Below, piece after piece: positions 59,307 to 64,000 of a stretch of DNA of 64,000 nucleotides. The stretch covers positions 93,806,001-93,870,000 of the forward strand of contig NC_059433.1 in NCBI RefSeq assembly GCF_021028975.2. Reading direction: 5' to 3'. The translations under genes were made by a program, and so were the position numbers. Within the stretch, counting starts at the first letter, position 1. Each line of letters begins with the position of its first letter. The DNA is from Sphaerodactylus townsendi. Its lineage: Eukaryota. The notes under the pieces were generated by a model. The model was given only the letters and a program-made list of their open reading frames with translations. It was not told the origin of the DNA and made no database searches.

Positions 59307-59486
59307 ATGTTGACAGGATCCTGAAGGTTGTAAAGTCTACCACATGCCTCTTGGATCCATGCTCAACCTGGTTGGTGAAAGCCAGTGGGGATATGATGTG
59401 GGCTTCCATAAGGAACATTATCAACTTTGTCCCTTAGTATGGGGACTTTCCTTGAGGGTTTGAAAGAGACCATGGTAAGGCCTCTT
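59307..59486 (+). repeat. Duplicate of the L2 segment at 52771-52940
   Basis: Long shared stretches such as aaggaacattatcaactttgtcccttagtatggggactttcctt. Confidence 0.85.
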
Positions 59487-62400
59487 AGGAGGATAACTGA
59501 AACATCTTTTTTTCTCTCTTCTAACATTCATCAACTCATCAAGAGTTCTGGGATATCAAAACGTTTGCACTCAATATTTTGTGATGTTTTGGTTGATCCT
59601 AATAAACACATATTACACTAGATTCTGCATCTAGATTCTACCCCTCTGTCCCATGGGTCAACTTGACTACCTACAATTTTTCTCCTAAGTGGTTGATTGT
59701 TTGGAAAACTGGACAAAAATGTAGCATTCATTACTCCTTTACAATTCAGGGAGATAAACAAGCTTATCAAAGAGCCAATTGTTGCAATCTTGCATTTCAA
59801 TGTGCAGCTCTGGAAAATGGACCATTGTACCAAAGGCAGGGAAAGAGGAGACTGACAATATACAACAGACCAAAGAACAAAGCATCATTAGTTAGTAATT
59901 GACAACACTATCCTACGCAGAATTACTCCAGTCTTAAGTCCACTGAAGTTAATACATTTACAATGGAGTATGTCTGCATTAGAAAAATAAGGGTGAAGTT
60001 TTTCACAAAATAGTTTGTATTACATTAGAATTTTGGATGCTGTCACTGTTTCTCAACATGCTTTCCCACGTGTTGTTTCCTTTTAACAATATACAATGTT
60101 ATATAAGGAAAGGAATGCATCAAAGGCTCTGGACTGAAATGACCAAACTTTATTTTCTAAGTCAAATATTTGGATCAGAACCAAGCAATTCATATCATGT
60201 GGACAAATGTCATGTTAACAACTTAGGGTTTTCTCCCCTTTCAATTTAGGGTTTCAGCTAGGGTTGTTGACTCCAGGATGGGAAATTCCTAGAATTGTGT
60301 GTAGAGTCTGGTGAGGGCAAGGTTTCGGAAGGGATTGGACCTCAGCAGAATATTATGACATAAAGTCTGCATAAAATAAAATAAAGTCTGCAACTGCAAG
60401 ACTCATTATCTCCAGAATAAGAAGAAAATCTCTAGAGACTGGAGATCAGTTTCAATTCTAGGATATGGCTGCTTTGGAGGGTACACTATATTGTAGAATA
60501 CTGTACTGGGGTCCCTTTTCTCCTAACCCTGTCTGGTTCCATCTGCAAATCTCCAGGAATTTCCAACCTGGAGCAGCAACCTTAGTGGGTATAGTTCTGC
60601 TTAGAATAGTGCTGTAAGGGCCTCCTTGGGTTTTAGCTGGTAAATATTCTGTTTTCTTACATACCTTTCATAGATTTCTTCCCCCCCCCCCTTTCCCCAC
60701 TATTCCTCCAAGGACTTCCAGAAAGTTGGCAAGGCTGTATGGGGCATTTCTCAGCAAGGCTTCTGTTTGACCAGTGGATAATTGATTGGCTTGGAAGATT
60801 TTTTAAAAGTTGCTTTGTTAGCAGCTGCCACGACAGAACAACAATATTCACTGTGTGTCTGAAAGTAAGCTGCAGCAGTCATTTTGTGACTGTCTGTTCC
60901 AATTGTGGCAACCATTTTGCGCCAGCCATTTTGTGCCTATACTCACTATATTGGGTAGAAATTCCACTGATGACAATATACTCAATAATATTGAGGACAT
61001 ATGGATTAGAATTGGAGTGATTGATTTAAGTTTACTCTCTGAACATCATGGGAAAGTAAGAGTTCGAATATCATCTCCCCAGTGTAATACTTTGTCCAGT
61101 ATTCCACAGTTGTGGGTGATTTGTGGTAAATTTAAAGTGTGGGTGATTGATAGTAATGTGCCATCTTTGTAATTTATATATTGAATTTATGTATTGGAAT
61201 GTTTTAACTATTACTTATTATGTGGTGTTTTAAGATAGTTGCTTTAAAATGTGTGTTAGCTGACCTGAGACTGACTTTGGCCAGGGAGGATGGGATATTA
61301 AGTTGAATAAAATAAAATAAAATTTTACTCAATAATGTCCTTCTAGTTGATCTAGCAGGAAAGGGTGTTCTCCAAGAGCTAACATAGTTCAAAAGAAAAG
61401 GTTTAATATAAAGGACATGGGTAAGTAATTTTGCATTTAAAATAATTCAGAGTTTTCTGTTCATAAATTCAATAGAGGAGTGACAGACTGGAATAGAGGA
61501 ACTGCAGTAGACCCAAACAGCTAGCATTGTGTCTTTGTTGTTCAGACTGCATATACAACAGGAAACAGGAAGTGCCGCTTTATCTTGAGTAAACAAAACT
61601 TACAAAACTTAGAAGAACAAAACGTCACAGGAACTAGCTGGGCAGAAGATGTTCTACGAATACCCAATTCAACACGTCCTAAATTAAATGGGTCATTAGA
61701 AATGTTGATATACCAGATTTTTTTCTTTTAAATTATTCTCAGGCATAAGAGCTATAAACCATTCCTGGTTTTTAAGGTAAAAGTTTAGTTTGCAGTGCAG
61801 AAAATTACTCATTGCTATTTAAAATACTTCTTTTTGGTATGTTTTGTGTAAGTCATTTTTAGCAAACTAGGGAAAGAGTCAAAGCACAGAAGAGATTTAG
61901 AGTTCAGAAACTTTGTACTAAAATGTTCTATTTGGTCTATGGAGGCTTACTGAACTTGTCACCACTTTCAGATGATATATTTTGCCGATAACAGAAATAT
62001 TTGAGGAGAGTTTTACACTAGAATTCGAATGAGATTAGATTTAAACACTACAGTAAGTTCCCATTCAAAGTTAAAGAGCTATACATGAATGATTAATTTG
62101 GGGTTCATAATTTGGGGTTCATAAAGCTGCAGTCATGTTTACTGTAAAAGTGACTAAATAGATCATACCAAAGTGTTCCAGCCTGAAACAGTGCCAAGCA
62201 TACTATTTGACTTTTGAAAAACCCCAGGGTATCCTAGAGAACTCCCATGCATTAACAGAATCTCTGGGACAATTTCATTCACATTTCCACGTGTGCCACA
62301 GCCTCAAGCATTTGGGCACCGTGGATGTGGGAACTGAGGAAAACTTACATGATGTGTAATTGTGTTGTATCAGTCACATGATGGGCACCAGAGGCCTAAC

Positions 62401-63400
62401 TTGTTTACTTCAAAAGGGTTAGCTCATCCATTGCTACCACCACCACCACCAAAGTGGCAACTGTACAGAAGGTAACAGTTGCTGAGCTGATACCAACTGC
62501 AATTGCTGATGAAGGGTCTGACGTGTCTGCTGATGAAGGATCTGGCCTGTGAGGCATCAGCAGGGTTGCTGGGACTTGATTCCACTTGCTCCTGGCAACA
62601 AGTGGCCCATTAGGAAATTTCCCTGTAATTGAAATGGACATTCTGCTCTTTGTCATTACTACTGTGCAGAATGTTGGTCCAGTGGGAACCACAGTGCTAA
62701 AAACTAGGCAACTACATTCCAATTCCATTAAGACTGCTTGTTCTGCTAGTCTGAAGGAGGCGGCCTCTTTTCCCAGAGGTTTTTATGGTGCTAGGGGCTA
62801 TACTGAACTTCTGTCAGTAATTATGTGGCTTCATGCAAGCTGAGCTCATGGGTGATGTCACCCTTCTGGGATCCAGGGCAAATGGAAGTAGCCAAACACA
62901 CACAAAATTGCCAAATGAGATGCTACTCAAACAAGACTCAAAACAAGACTCAAAAACAAATGGGTGAGATCTGATCTCAGCACTTACTAATTAAAATTAC
63001 CCCTCTAATCTACTAAAATTTTCACTTAGTGAAAACTTAAATCAATAAAACCTTGGCATCCTATTGTCTGCTGGATGACTACAATAAATATGGCTCCAAA
63101 GCAAACCACACAGGACACTGGGAATTCATATTCAGATCCCCCAGACAACTCATCTTTAAAAAATTAAAATGTGACACACACACACAGTATGGATCAATGC
63201 AATGGCAATAGGGAAAAGGGTGTTAAAATCTTTCCCCAGTCACAAATGGCATAGTAAACTTTAGTAGAGAAAAAATGACAAGTAGTACCTCTACTGTATG
63301 TGTCTGTGAGTCCCTTCTTTGGGCTTAAAGCAGCATCAGGGAAAGGCTATTTTCAATCACAGAACTCAAATGTTGTGGGTAAAGAATTATGAATATTAAT

Positions 63401-63769
63401 AGAAGAAGAAGAAGAAGAAGAAGAAGAAGAAGAAGAAGAAGAAGAAGAAGAAGAAGAAGAAGCGGAGGAGGAGGAGGAGGAGTTTGGATTTATATCCCCC
63501 CTTTCTCTCCTGCAGGAGACTCAAAGGGGCTTACAATCTCCTTGCCCTTCCCCCCTCACAACAAACACCCTGTGAGGTGGGTGGGGCTGAGGGAGCTCCG
63601 AGAAGCTGTTACTAGCCCAGGGTCACCCAGCTGGCATGTGTGGGAGTGTACAGGCTAATCTGAATTTCCCAGATAAGTCTCCACAGCTCAGGCGGCAGAG
63701 CTGGGAATCAAACCCGGTTCCTCCAGATTAGATACCTGAGCTCTTAACCTCCTACGCCACTGCTGCTCC
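63401..63769 (-). mobile_element. Young full-length Squam3-like SINE with an expanded (TCC)n(TCT)n tail
   Basis: tRNA-like head at the 63769 end; (AGA)n at 63401-63462 and (GGA)n at 63464-63482 on the plus strand. Confidence 0.85.
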
Positions 63770-64000
63770 TGCATGGCAGCTGCAATTGGCAGCTGCAATT
63801 GACTTCATTTCCTTTGCATAATGGCTGCTTTCAGTTTCGGGGAGCACAATCCAGATGGAGGAGGAGTGGTGTGGTGACCAGGGATGGGACAGCAAAGGCA
63901 GTGCCACACCACCTCCAAAGGGGCTTGGCTAGTGCAGAAAAAATGGAAATCTAAACCCCCTCCTGCTGCCTGAATCTACCCATAGCCTAAACAAGCTTAC

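Noticed and set aside
62500-62550. Tandem CTGATGAAGG as a hammerhead, or an EGSG-encoding exon
   Set aside because: No stem II or GAAA partner; only a short local duplication without clear splice sites
63389-63658. Poly-Arg/Gly ORF
   Set aside because: It is a translation of the (AGA)n(GGA)n SINE tail

Overview
This is eukaryotic DNA from a squamate reptile, most likely a gecko, judging from the Sauria-SINE, Squam-type SINE, CR1, L2, Penelope and MITE content. It is the block syntenic with human 8q21.13. Gene order: CHMP4C (exon 1 only, minus strand), then on the plus strand ZFAND1 (8 coding exons, 268 aa), a decayed SLC10A5-like relic, IMPA1 (8 coding exons, 278 aa), FABP4 (4 exons, 132 aa) and PMP2 (4 exons, 132 aa). 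All exons were read by hand between canonical GT-AG sites and join in frame; most long ORFs in the supplied track are spurious. Introns and spacers are dense in transposons: 148-bp palindromic hAT MITEs, 141-bp PIF/Harbinger-type MITEs, Tigger-type MITEs, SPIN and hAT1-like elements, Penelope-like elements, and CR1/L2 fragments. I found no evidence for a wholly new biological system. The most notable observations are: (1) an apparently pseudogenised SLC10A5 at its syntenic position; (2) minimal hammerhead ribozyme motifs in Penelope-like repeats; (3) a long fold-back with stepped identity in PMP2 intron 1; (4) SPIN/hAT1-type elements of families known for horizontal transfer; (5) hairpin MITEs in the probable long IMPA1 3' UTR. 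Comparisons to reference proteins and repeat families are from recall and need database confirmation.
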